Source of the DNA: a virus
Reading direction: 5' to 3' (one strand)
DNA: 64,000 bases
IMG/VR virus record: IMGVR_UViG_3300017765_000001
Span: 46,338 to 110,337 of that record
This document shows, in pieces, positions 35,863 to 45,618 of this stretch (positions are counted from its first letter, which is position 1; each line of letters starts with the position of its first letter). Below the pieces are notes generated by a model. The model was not told where the DNA came from. It did no database searches and saw nothing but the letters and a program-made list of their open reading frames with translations. The position numbers were made by a program, and so were the translations under genes.

Positions 35863-36676
35863 ACTTTTTAAGATACTCCTGATTAGAATAATAAGATCTC
35901 AGTTGATGTCCAGTCATTTTTTGAATCTTCTCCCATTCATCAAAGTTTTGTTTCATGTATGGATTACCTTGCACAGAATTAGGCCATGAGTTTGCACCTC
36001 TACTGTGCTCTAAGTGATATACTATATCATCTAATCTACCAACAGAATACCCCATCTTATCAAATCTATAGAATCTTTCCTTATCCTCTGGAGATGATCC
36101 CCTGAAGTTTTCATTCTCCATCCCTGCAAGAATATAAGATTTTCTATTGACAAACTGCACATGTCCATACTGTGCATCATACATTCTGGATTTCTTATCT
36201 AGGACTTCAAAATCAAAGTCTTCGTTAATAAAGTCACTCACACCATCATCATCAATGAATACTTGCTTTTGATAATTTCCAAACCCATATGGATACACAA
36301 GGTCAAATCCATCCATAATCATCTTGACTGATTCAACGTATGTTTCTTTCTTGAAGAGAACATCACAATCATAGTTTGCTATGACCTTTGTATCAACCAT
36401 ATCAATCATCTCATTCAGGATCTTCATCCTGTAGAATACAGGATCATCAGATTTCTCAAATACATGAGTAAGGTTGTTGATATTGTCACCAAGAAAATCT
36501 TCTATCTGAGGTAGAACCTGATCCTCAAATACAGATTCTACATCAACCTCTTTAAGAATAACTTTGGTATCAAAGGTTTTAAGAAGATAAGCAAGGACAG
36601 TGACAACATTTCTCATCCTATCTTCACTTTCAATCCTGATAGGAATAATGAAAGTACAGTTTTTTAAATCAATCAT
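35849..36676 (-). CDS. GT-A glycosyltransferase (GT2/GT7-like)
   Basis: FIIPIR, YDCDV, GMENENFRG..PED, YHLEH. Confidence 0.8.
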   Translation of the reverse strand: MIDLKNCTFIIPIRIESEDRMRNVVTVLAYLLKTFDTKVILKEVDVESVFEDQVLPQIEDFLGDNINNLTHVFEKSDDPVFYRMKILNEMIDMVDTKVIANYDCDVLFKKETYVESVKMIMDGFDLVYPYGFGNYQKQVFIDDDGVSDFINEDFDFEVLDKKSRMYDAQYGHVQFVNRKSYILAGMENENFRGSSPEDKERFYRFDKMGYSVGRLDDIVYHLEHSRGANSWPNSVQGNPYMKQNFDEWEKIQKMTGHQLRSYYSNQEYLKKYANI

Positions 36677-37431
36677 TTTGTGCAACAGAAGTATGCTGAC
36701 TCATCCCACCCTTTATACCCAGGGACATTACCAGAATATCCTGCTCCTCTCACAATATGTGTGAAAAGATATCCAAAGTGATTGGCATCATGTAGACCCT
36801 CTTCAAAGATCTTGAACCCTGCTGCTTCTAACTTTTCTTTCCACCATACTGCAGGAAATACTGATTGATGCAGAGTAAACAATTCTCCCTCATACCCTAC
36901 TGTTTTATCATAAGGTGCAAAAGGTGGGACCATATCCTCACCCTTCTCATTTCTTACATCTGGTACAAGAGACACACCAAATACACACAGACCACCCTCT
37001 TTCAGATGCTTAAAGATATTATCAAGCATTGGTTCAACATCATCTGGAGCAATATGTTCAAACACTTCCTCTGAGTGAATAAAATCAAACTCCATGGGTT
37101 TACCATCCTGATACAGCTGGTAATCCTTGGTGATATCACACAAGAAAAGATTCTTGTCATGATACTTATCCCAGTTCTTCTTGCCAACACCAGTCAGTGA
37201 ATTACTGCTTCCCTCTAAACCAATACCAATATCACCTCTATCAATGAAGTCAACAACAAACTGCCCACAAGCACAACCAAGATCAAGCATGGCAATCTGC
37301 TCATCATCAAATCCATCCTTAACCTCATCAATTAATCCCTGAGAGGTGAAGTTGTCTCTGATGGCACCTACTGGACAGATATGATCTGGAGAGTCATCAG
37401 CAACTGTCTTGTTTGCTTCTAATGTAATCAT
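36673..37431 (-). CDS. Class I SAM-dependent methyltransferase
   Basis: LDLGCACG, FDFIHSEEVFEHI, LKEGG. Confidence 0.85.
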   Translation of the reverse strand: MITLEANKTVADDSPDHICPVGAIRDNFTSQGLIDEVKDGFDDEQIAMLDLGCACGQFVVDFIDRGDIGIGLEGSSNSLTGVGKKNWDKYHDKNLFLCDITKDYQLYQDGKPMEFDFIHSEEVFEHIAPDDVEPMLDNIFKHLKEGGLCVFGVSLVPDVRNEKGEDMVPPFAPYDKTVGYEGELFTLHQSVFPAVWWKEKLEAAGFKIFEEGLHDANHFGYLFTHIVRGAGYSGNVPGYKGWDESAYFCCTK

Positions 37432-38192
37432 TTTTTTACGTAAATTAGATTGTTGAATTCTTCATCAAAGTTTTTTGGTTCAGGTATAATTACCTCAGCC
37501 TGACAACCACCAAACCACCATGCAACCTCATCAAACGAACTAGCATATGTACCAATAATCTTAGCACACTTAGATAGTATCAACAACTCAATGAATGCAT
37601 CAGTTGTGATCTGGATGTCATCATGATGACCAGACTCAGCTAGTTTAGGATCATTAAAAATCTTTCTGTCATACAAAATTATTCTGTCAGGATATTTTTC
37701 TGCAAAATACTTATAGACATCTGAGTTATCAGAGCAAAAGAAAAACTTTTGATCTTTTGGTAATCTATCTATCTCTCTTTCAAAGATGGAATTATCATGA
37801 AACTTCCTCCTCTGACAATACCAGGATCTAATATGCACACCAACCATATTGTCCCACGAATTCACAAACTCAGAGACATATTCAACAATTTCTGGATTGA
37901 TTTTAAGTTGTTCAATCACTCTCAAATACTTTTTGATAAAGTATTCTGGTGTTCTTTCATATAAAAGATCTATGGTTTTATAATCATCAATATATTGTTC
38001 TTCATCTGGCTGTACATATAATCTCCAGTCCTCCTCATAGATCATTTTTGGAGGATCAACTAGATCAATACCTGGAAGAAGAAAATTAGTTGTCTCATGA
38101 ATAGTGCATACCTTATCATAGACTGACATTGCACTGAGTATATTCTTTATTCTATTAGCAATGCCAGCATGACTTACTACTGTAGCATCCAT
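37428..38192 (-). CDS. NodZ/O-fucosyltransferase-like glycosyltransferase
   Basis: GIANRI, GVHIR, FFCSDN, ELLILSKC..IIGT..SSF. Confidence 0.75.
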   Translation of the reverse strand: MDATVVSHAGIANRIKNILSAMSVYDKVCTIHETTNFLLPGIDLVDPPKMIYEEDWRLYVQPDEEQYIDDYKTIDLLYERTPEYFIKKYLRVIEQLKINPEIVEYVSEFVNSWDNMVGVHIRSWYCQRRKFHDNSIFEREIDRLPKDQKFFFCSDNSDVYKYFAEKYPDRIILYDRKIFNDPKLAESGHHDDIQITTDAFIELLILSKCAKIIGTYASSFDEVAWWFGGCQAEVIIPEPKNFDEEFNNLIYVKK

Positions 38193-38977
38193 CAAATAAC
38201 CTCCCAACCTTCAGGATATAAATCATCAGTATTGATATCTGAGAGACCAGGACCATACCATGGTGTGGGGGCAATTACTTTACCATCACCCAACCATGCA
38301 CCCCACCAACTAAAAGTGCTGTTAGATATAATAAAATCTTTGCACTTTGAAATTAAACAAAGATCAAAGAATGCTTTCTCAGACACGATATTAACATCAT
38401 TATAGATAAAATTATCTCCAACAAAATGATTCTTGAATCTATCTATATCATTTGAGCAGACAATATATTTTCTATCTTTACCAAACCTTTCAATAGCTCT
38501 ATCAAAGTATTCCATTTCAATATTTCTATGATTATTACTACAATTAGGATAATCAAAATTATCATTGTAGAATCTCACGCAGATTGAAACAGGGTCATCT
38601 TTTAGGTGTTCACCAAACTTCTCCTCCACCTCTGCTTCAATTTCTTTTTTGAATCTAAAATCTAATCTGATTAATTTTTCAGCATTCTGAAAATACTTGT
38701 CAGATTGAAAATATCCGTTGAGTGTTACATGATTTGGACATCCATAAAATAAGTCCTCACAGAACTCATGTGAGTCATGAAGTTCAACTTCATCACCATC
38801 TATCATTCCAAATCTCTCTCCACAGTGTAGCATACCAAATCCTCTGACCAGATCACAGTCACTTGGAATTACAAAATCATAACCACTCTGTTTAGCAATA
38901 CCTACAAGAGCAGCATATTGGAACATTTGATTTCCAAGTCTGCCATTCTTACCAAGATTGTTCATTCCAATGGTCAT
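38192..38977 (-). CDS. GT11 alpha-1,2-fucosyltransferase-like
   Basis: GRLGNQMFQYA, GYFQSDKYF, SNSTFSWWGAWL. Confidence 0.88.
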   Translation of the reverse strand: MTIGMNNLGKNGRLGNQMFQYAALVGIAKQSGYDFVIPSDCDLVRGFGMLHCGERFGMIDGDEVELHDSHEFCEDLFYGCPNHVTLNGYFQSDKYFQNAEKLIRLDFRFKKEIEAEVEEKFGEHLKDDPVSICVRFYNDNFDYPNCSNNHRNIEMEYFDRAIERFGKDRKYIVCSNDIDRFKNHFVGDNFIYNDVNIVSEKAFFDLCLISKCKDFIISNSTFSWWGAWLGDGKVIAPTPWYGPGLSDINTDDLYPEGWEVI

Positions 38978-39807
38978 AATACTATCTCCTTATTCTGTTC
39001 CTTTAATCTATCATCAATTATATCACCAATATCTAGTGAATAAAAGGCGTGCCACCCTCTAGTGTTACCTGTGTACCAGTGATTACAATCACCTCTATGC
39101 ATCTTTACAGTTTCCCAGTACTCTCTTGATTGTAATTGATAATGATTCAATAACAACTCTGGGTCATCTGTATCCATCTTATATGAAAGATTAATTGATG
39201 GTCCATCATTGACTGCATCATGGACCATGAATGCTTTGCATCCAAAATCTGTATTAACAATACACTTAGGAGCATTCAGATTCTGCCACTCAGGTTCATT
39301 CTGTCCATTCTCAGCAGCATGACTGTAAATGGTACAGAAAACCCTGGCATCATACTCTGCTCTCTTGTTAAAATTTTTGACTATACCACCCTCTGGATGA
39401 TCAATATATTCATTAGAATTAAACCAGACCCAGTTGGTAATTACCCTACCATAGTTCTCATAGTTCACAAGAATGTCTTTAAGATTGATTGCTTTGGGAC
39501 TATATAAAAATTCATCAACATCAACCTGAGCAATCCACTTTGACTCACTAGCAATTGGAAGAAGATACTTATTGGTGATATCAATCTGTCTACCAATATA
39601 TCTCTCAGAGATATCACTTTTGAATAGTGTGACATACCCAGAATCAATATATGGTTGCAGGATAGGCATGTAATCATCATCACTGAAGTCATCCACAAGA
39701 TATACATGGTCTGCTCCATGTAACTTATAGTGCTCAATCCACTCCTTAAGACTCCAACTTTCATTCTTGAACATTGAAGCCACTGAAAAATAATACTTGT
39801 GACTCAT
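38974..39807 (-). CDS. GT92/GT2-like glycosyltransferase
   Basis: FKNE...EWIEHY..HG, DDFSDD, VDVDEF, NHYQLQSRE. Confidence 0.8.
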   Translation of the reverse strand: MSHKYYFSVASMFKNESWSLKEWIEHYKLHGADHVYLVDDFSDDDYMPILQPYIDSGYVTLFKSDISERYIGRQIDITNKYLLPIASESKWIAQVDVDEFLYSPKAINLKDILVNYENYGRVITNWVWFNSNEYIDHPEGGIVKNFNKRAEYDARVFCTIYSHAAENGQNEPEWQNLNAPKCIVNTDFGCKAFMVHDAVNDGPSINLSYKMDTDDPELLLNHYQLQSREYWETVKMHRGDCNHWYTGNTRGWHAFYSLDIGDIIDDRLKEQNKEIVL

Positions 39808-40511
39808 TTCTTTATTCCAAACTTCTTATGAACATAATCAAATTCCTGCAGTGTTTCTTCTTCTGATACATCTGCCATCAATGTGTTTTCATCTCTTACT
39901 CTATTGGCGATAAGAACATCATGATGAAGAATAGGTTCACCATATTTAAGCAGCATGGAATAGTAGAAATCTACATCTAGACACATTCTAACATTTGGGT
40001 CAAATCTGACATCAACACCATTCTTAATTGTAAGAACAGAGAGACCACCAATATAATTAAATCCTGGATCAGTGATCATTTTCTCATGAAGAAGAGGTAA
40101 CATGGGATTGAAGAATGAATGTCCATCATCCCTAGTATGAATGGCACCACAGGCATACCATTGAGCAGGTGTATCATTCATCACATCATACATCTTTTGC
40201 AGTGCTTCTGTATCATACAGAAAATCATCCTGCTGGAAGATTTTAATAATCTCTCCAGTAGAATGATCAATGGCATTATTAGTATTGACAGCAGGATTTC
40301 CTCTTGCCTATACATTACGAATGTATTTGATATTTAAATCATATTCATTCTCATCACAATATTCTTCAATCTCAGTATCAACACTGTGATCTGAAATGAC
40401 AACCTCAACATCTTTCAATGTTTGTTGTGAAATTGTGCGAAACATATCATCCAGCATTTCAACACCAAATCCATAGTATTCAAACACTGGGACTGCAATT
40501 GAAACTTTCAT
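39804..40511 (-). pseudogene. GT2 glycosyltransferase with one in-frame TAG
   Basis: ORFs 40308-40511 and 39804-40193 share a frame: ...KYIRNV*ARGNPAVNTNNAIDHSTGEIIKIFQQDDFL...; TAG at 40308-40310. Confidence 0.8.
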
Positions 40512-41296
40512 CGTGTTACAATCATTTCTCCATGAAGACCATTCCTAAGCAACTCATACTTGTAATTATTTTTATCCAACCATTCCTTACAAGCAAGTCT
40601 TTCATGCTGATCATAGTCAGGTTCATGACCATGCCAATCATCAAATCTCATGTAAATCTTTTTCCATTCACACTGATCAACAAAGTTCAGTGCTGATACT
40701 GTGGGTTCATAAATGTCCACATCAATATGTACAGCACAGATCTTTTTGATCTCATAGTCCTTAGGTTCTGTGAGATCATGAATGTCTTCTACAATCAAAC
40801 TAATATTATCAAACTGAGAGAGGTCATCAATCACTTCATCATATGTTTGACGATATTCAGGACCATCCAATGCAAATGCTCCTTCATGCCACCCAGCATA
40901 TAATGGGATAAATTGTTGTGTCTGCTCCAGTCCTTCAAAGTGATCAAATCCATGCCATCTTTTTGTTGGATTTATGAAAGCAAAGTCACGAATAGTTCCT
41001 CCACATGCAACACCAAACTCAAGAACATCACCTCTCAATTTCATGGTTTTGAGAATAGCTGCCCACTCAATGTGAGTCATTGGATGAGTTGGGACATCCT
41101 CAGGAAAAATTTTATCTGTTTCAACCCATGATGGTGGTTCATAACCAACTGCCCCTGTGTTCAGGAGAAAGTGATTTTTCTTATGATATGTGGTAAGTGC
41201 TTCAAGTGCTTTCACACCACCAGTCATGTCAGCATCACTTACATTCTGAAAAATTCCTTGAAAGTATGGAGTTGAATGGTCAAGATCGTATTTCAT
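40508..41296 (-). CDS. TylF/MycF-like sugar O-methyltransferase
   Basis: GDVLEFGVACGG, GFDHFEGL, VHIDVDIYE, FDDW. Confidence 0.8.
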   Translation of the reverse strand: MKYDLDHSTPYFQGIFQNVSDADMTGGVKALEALTTYHKKNHFLLNTGAVGYEPPSWVETDKIFPEDVPTHPMTHIEWAAILKTMKLRGDVLEFGVACGGTIRDFAFINPTKRWHGFDHFEGLEQTQQFIPLYAGWHEGAFALDGPEYRQTYDEVIDDLSQFDNISLIVEDIHDLTEPKDYEIKKICAVHIDVDIYEPTVSALNFVDQCEWKKIYMRFDDWHGHEPDYDQHERLACKEWLDKNNYKYELLRNGLHGEMIVTR

Positions 41297-41304
41297 TATA
41301 TCTC

Positions 41305-42078
41305 CTATGAAAATTGTACACCTTGTGGGAGGTTGCCATGAAACCCAAAAGGTATCATACCATAATTAATATCTAGGGTGCTCTCATGAGAGAAATGTTT
41401 TGCCACCTCCACTGGAGCAAACTTACAACCCTGGGATTCAAAGATGTGTCTGTTGTGAACACAGATGTTTCCATCTTCATTCCAATTGACACCACCAAAC
41501 ATTTTGTAGAAATCATTCATTGCCACAACATCAAATGGCACCTCAACTTTTGATGGAACATCAAGAAGTTTCTTACTCCTGAATGAGAATCCACCATTAC
41601 CAACAGAGATGTGCTCTCCAAAGGGTGTCACAAATCCCTGCTCTCTCCATGGCCATGGAGCACCAATGTAATCATAATCATAGTACTCATCTCTCCATTC
41701 ATCTGGATTAATAATAAATCCATCATGCTGAATAGTAAGAGTATAGTTTGTGTCTACATGCTCAGTCAAATGATAAATCATAAATCTAGCATAATCCTTC
41801 ATATTAGTGATAGGAATACTAGGTTCTTCACATACAATTCCATCCTGCAACAGGTCTTCACCTCTGATATCAATGACTTCTTTTGACGTGATGAACTTGA
41901 CAGAGTCAAAGTCAGCAAAGTCCATGCAGGTGTAGATAGCACGAATAGTATCCTCCACACCATTGTCAAGAGTCTTACTTTGCTCTCCATCTTGAAGGTC
42001 AGATGCAGCAATCTTACTCTTATCCCATGGCACATACATGGTTGATAGAGTAGTGTCTTTGATTCTTAATTTAGTCAT
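41305..42078 (-). CDS. DUF5672-like putative glycosyltransferase
   Basis: IQHDGF, YDYIGAPW, VGNGGFSFRS, NED, FS.E, FGFHG. Confidence 0.8.
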   Translation of the reverse strand: MTKLRIKDTTLSTMYVPWDKSKIAASDLQDGEQSKTLDNGVEDTIRAIYTCMDFADFDSVKFITSKEVIDIRGEDLLQDGIVCEEPSIPITNMKDYARFMIYHLTEHVDTNYTLTIQHDGFIINPDEWRDEYYDYDYIGAPWPWREQGFVTPFGEHISVGNGGFSFRSKKLLDVPSKVEVPFDVVAMNDFYKMFGGVNWNEDGNICVHNRHIFESQGCKFAPVEVAKHFSHESTLDINYGMIPFGFHGNLPQGVQFS

Positions 42079-42763
42079 TTGTCTCCACATATAGTGCTTT
42101 GTATCTCTTGGCAGATGTTGGAGCAAGATCTGTCAAGTAGTAGACAGCAATACTCTTTCTCATTTTGCCATCAGGACAATTGATAGGTATTGGAAATCCA
42201 TGCCATGAATTCTGTGATGTATCAAATAGAACTGCTCTGTTAAAAATAGGTTCTATTTGAGTAATCTTTTCTTTTGGTTTGTTAGTATCAGAATCATGTG
42301 ACCAAAATTCTAAACTACCTCCCCAATCAGGATTATAATCCTTCTCAAGATATACTATCAGATTCAGTTTCCTAAGCAAGTTGAGTTTAGGATGTGTGGC
42401 ATAATCAAGATGCACAGCTAAACTTCCACCTGCTCTATGCATGTGCCACCCACCACCATGCAATCCCACATCAGGATACAGAGGTTCAATATTAGTTAGA
42501 GATGATATCTCTGACGTAAATTCTGATGACAATAGTTTAGTAAAGACATCATATGTTGTGGCAGGAAATCTATTCCACACATTACATGTCTTCTTATCAC
42601 CAATCCAACCTTTGTAGTGAACAACATCTTTACCATCATCAAAGTCAATAAACTCATTGGTCATTGACTCTGCCACATCTTGATCTAAAAAATCATCAAT
42701 GATCCAATGATCAAATGGTTCGCTACAATATACAGATTTAGACAACATCTGGTTTATCATCAT
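42071..42763 (-). CDS. 2OG-Fe(II) oxygenase
   Basis: GLHGGG, HLD, WGGSLE, FNRAVLF, SWHG, RKSIA; start estimated. Confidence 0.88.
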   Translation of the reverse strand: MMINQMLSKSVYCSEPFDHWIIDDFLDQDVAESMTNEFIDFDDGKDVVHYKGWIGDKKTCNVWNRFPATTYDVFTKLLSSEFTSEISSLTNIEPLYPDVGLHGGGWHMHRAGGSLAVHLDYATHPKLNLLRKLNLIVYLEKDYNPDWGGSLEFWSHDSDTNKPKEKITQIEPIFNRAVLFDTSQNSWHGFPIPINCPDGKMRKSIAVYYLTDLAPTSAKRYKALYVETND

Positions 42764-43781
42764 AGAACTCATGTCTTTTTCTATATTCTCTATATTCTTC
42801 TTTGCAGTCAGTTCCACTCATCATTATACCAGATCTATCAATATACATCCAGTCATCCACAATATTATCATCACCTCTCCAATATCCTGTTGACCTTTTG
42901 TAATCATTCCAATACTTAGGAGCAATGATAGTTTTTGCTTTTGTATTAGTCCATGCTGGCCAGAAAGCAAATGTTGATGAGGTCAGAATAGAGTGAACTG
43001 CATTGTTCAGAATAGAATAATCAATACCAATGGGACCACCTTTATAGACATAGAATCCTGATCCCTGTAGATGTGCTAGTGGGTCAATCTGATCTGATGA
43101 TGATGCTCCAATGATTGGTGCCCAGGGAATATACTTCTTTGCATTCTCAGGGTCGTCAGTAATGACTCCAAACTTCATGTTGGGATTAATCTCAAGCATT
43201 CTATCTGCTGCCATCCTGTAATATTCAGGCGGACACCAGGCAGATGTAATTAGATATTCACCACCTCTGAATTGGATGACACAAAAATCATCACTTGAAT
43301 AATCAGTGACTGTGATATTTGGTTTCAACCATTCAATAATATCAGATCTTCTATCATTAATATATCTAAGTCTTTGAAATGTCCCATCAATTTTTGTATT
43401 ATCAGGGACAGTATTATGGAGAAGATCATCATAGATCATTGCATCTTCATTTGGTAGTTCGTGAAATCCATATGGATATTCATCCACTCTTTCTCTTCCA
43501 TAGTATTCAATACCATCTGGAAGTTCTGATGGCTCTTGACCTTCCTGGTGTGTGACACCTCCTGTGACCTCATCCCCCCAATCAATATTAGTCAGAAACT
43601 GACATCCCTTGAAAGTCTTAAGTCCTACTGTTTGTAGATTGGATGCACCTGACCCACTATTAGTGATGTCTCTACGCACTCCCCATCTAAACCCTCTGTG
43701 CTCTGCTATGCATCTAGGAGCAACAATATTCCACAACTGGTTACCCAAACCAGATCCATTATAAATTTCAGATACAATCAT
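42738..43781 (-). CDS. GT11-like glycosyltransferase (divergent)
   Basis: GLGNQLW, QFRGGEY, ITDDP, SSTFAFWPAW, IIAPKYW. Confidence 0.75.
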   Translation of the reverse strand: MIVSEIYNGSGLGNQLWNIVAPRCIAEHRGFRWGVRRDITNSGSGASNLQTVGLKTFKGCQFLTNIDWGDEVTGGVTHQEGQEPSELPDGIEYYGRERVDEYPYGFHELPNEDAMIYDDLLHNTVPDNTKIDGTFQRLRYINDRRSDIIEWLKPNITVTDYSSDDFCVIQFRGGEYLITSAWCPPEYYRMAADRMLEINPNMKFGVITDDPENAKKYIPWAPIIGASSSDQIDPLAHLQGSGFYVYKGGPIGIDYSILNNAVHSILTSSTFAFWPAWTNTKAKTIIAPKYWNDYKRSTGYWRGDDNIVDDWMYIDRSGIMMSGTDCKEEYREYRKRHEFYDDKPDVV

Positions 43782-44554
43782 TTAATCAAGTGTACATATT
43801 TTTCTTGGTTATCAATTATATATTGAGGAAAAGAATCATCAATTTCTACAGTTCTATAACTCATATTACCTCTACTCAACACATCTTTTCCATTCTTGAG
43901 ATTATCAGACACATTATCAAGAACTTGTGGCACATTGAACTGTGTGTCACAGAATGAATTGATCTTCTGTTTTACATGTTCAGCATCACCACAGTATGTA
44001 AAATGCCAACCTGCATTGGTAATAATTGAACCTGTAATCTTACTCTCGTCCTCTGTGCCTTCTCTTATATCATCCACTGTAGTTCCTTTCATGAACTTAT
44101 AAGTGGCTGCTCTTGATCCAAACCATGTATCAGAATAGAGATTGTTCAGATATCCATGATATGCAGACTGTTGAAATGTGAAATGAGTATCATCTGATAT
44201 CCACTCTGAAGCATGTTCAATTACCTCAGGACTAGGAATCTCATCCCCATCACTTAACAAAAGTAGATCATCATCCTCAAAGATATCCAAGTCCATTACA
44301 GAGTTCCTTGAGTATATCTCACGATGCCAGGGTCCTTCAAGATCAGGAATCTTGATTTGATTATGAATAATCTTATGTTCCCACTTAGCAAATCTCTCTT
44401 TGTTATTCAGATAATGACTATCCTTTGGTTTGCCAGAAAATGTAATGTCACCCTCTGTAATTACAAAGTAATCACAATACTCATCTAAGATATTGAGTCT
44501 AATCTCAAGTAGTTCAACTTCATGATTGAAGATGATGCAGTCATAAATTTTCAT
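43778..44554 (-). CDS. GT17-like N-acetylglucosaminyltransferase
   Basis: IYDCIIFNHEVELLEIRL, TFSGKPK, SDGDEIP, GWHFTY. Confidence 0.85.
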   Translation of the reverse strand: MKIYDCIIFNHEVELLEIRLNILDEYCDYFVITEGDITFSGKPKDSHYLNNKERFAKWEHKIIHNQIKIPDLEGPWHREIYSRNSVMDLDIFEDDDLLLLSDGDEIPSPEVIEHASEWISDDTHFTFQQSAYHGYLNNLYSDTWFGSRAATYKFMKGTTVDDIREGTEDESKITGSIITNAGWHFTYCGDAEHVKQKINSFCDTQFNVPQVLDNVSDNLKNGKDVLSRGNMSYRTVEIDDSFPQYIIDNQEKYVHLIK

Positions 44555-45618
44555 CAGTCCTCTAATACTCTTGATAGTGCTTTTGTTTTAGCAGCATTAT
44601 ACTCTTCTGTCTGCCATGCATTTCCATTACTAGCATTCTTGTAATGCAGCACAAATGCTTCAGTCATATCATCATCAGTTTCAAACTTTATAAGATCAAT
44701 GAATGTTGGTTTAGGAAAATTATGAGTTGCTGAGTATCTCACCATGTACTTGAAACAGTCATAAACATACTGCCAATGATTCTCTCTTTCTTTCTGATGT
44801 GGGAATGTCTGTTTGTCTGAATGTTGATAATCAAGAATGATAAATTCTTTATCATCAAGATTGACATGCATTGGTGAACAACCATTGAAACCCATCTCAA
44901 TGAATCCATCAGGAGGTGTATGTTTATCTCCTGAGTCTGCATCTCTTTGAATACTGACATGATCAAGATATTTAATTTTTAATTTATCTTTATAATCAAT
45001 CAGATATTGATAACCTTCACCACCAACATCACATGGCTGTCCATTGAATACACCCAACCCCCACTTTAATTCTGATGGATTTGGCATATTAGGAATATCA
45101 GCAATCACCAAACCATTCCAAGGATATCTGAGAGCAATCTGTCCTCTACTTTCCTCAGAGTATTTTTGTGAGTATCTGTATGATGGAATGAATGCAAGAT
45201 TATGATCCTTCATCATCTCTTCAAAAGAAATGTCTTTGATGAAAAACATATCAGAGTCAATCAAGATTGAAATGCAGTCATTGTTGACAATATAATGCTG
45301 CCACCCCCATGTGAATGCATATCCACAGACCTGACTTCCATCACCTGTAAATGAATCACCTTCAAACTGTTTATACCCATTGATGAACTGATACTCTGGA
45401 TCAAGTTCAACTCTGATGCATTGGACACCTAATGACTCACATACATCATTAATCTCCTGAACCCTCTCAGGTTTGTATCCACTAAAAGGATTTGATCCTG
45501 CTCTTTCATTGTTAAAGACAATGTATTCAAAATCATCTTTAATGTGTCTCTTCATACTCTCATACTGAGGTTTAATCAGATCAGGTCTATTATGAGAGTA
45601 GGTATAAATTTTAATCAT
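44554..45618 (-). CDS. Putative GT-A glycosyltransferase
   Basis: NRPDLI..QY, IDSDMF DxD motif, CDVGG, LHYKNASN; inside the glycan operon. Confidence 0.55.
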   Translation of the reverse strand: MIKIYTYSHNRPDLIKPQYESMKRHIKDDFEYIVFNNERAGSNPFSGYKPERVQEINDVCESLGVQCIRVELDPEYQFINGYKQFEGDSFTGDGSQVCGYAFTWGWQHYIVNNDCISILIDSDMFFIKDISFEEMMKDHNLAFIPSYRYSQKYSEESRGQIALRYPWNGLVIADIPNMPNPSELKWGLGVFNGQPCDVGGEGYQYLIDYKDKLKIKYLDHVSIQRDADSGDKHTPPDGFIEMGFNGCSPMHVNLDDKEFIILDYQHSDKQTFPHQKERENHWQYVYDCFKYMVRYSATHNFPKPTFIDLIKFETDDDMTEAFVLHYKNASNGNAWQTEEYNAAKTKALSRVLED

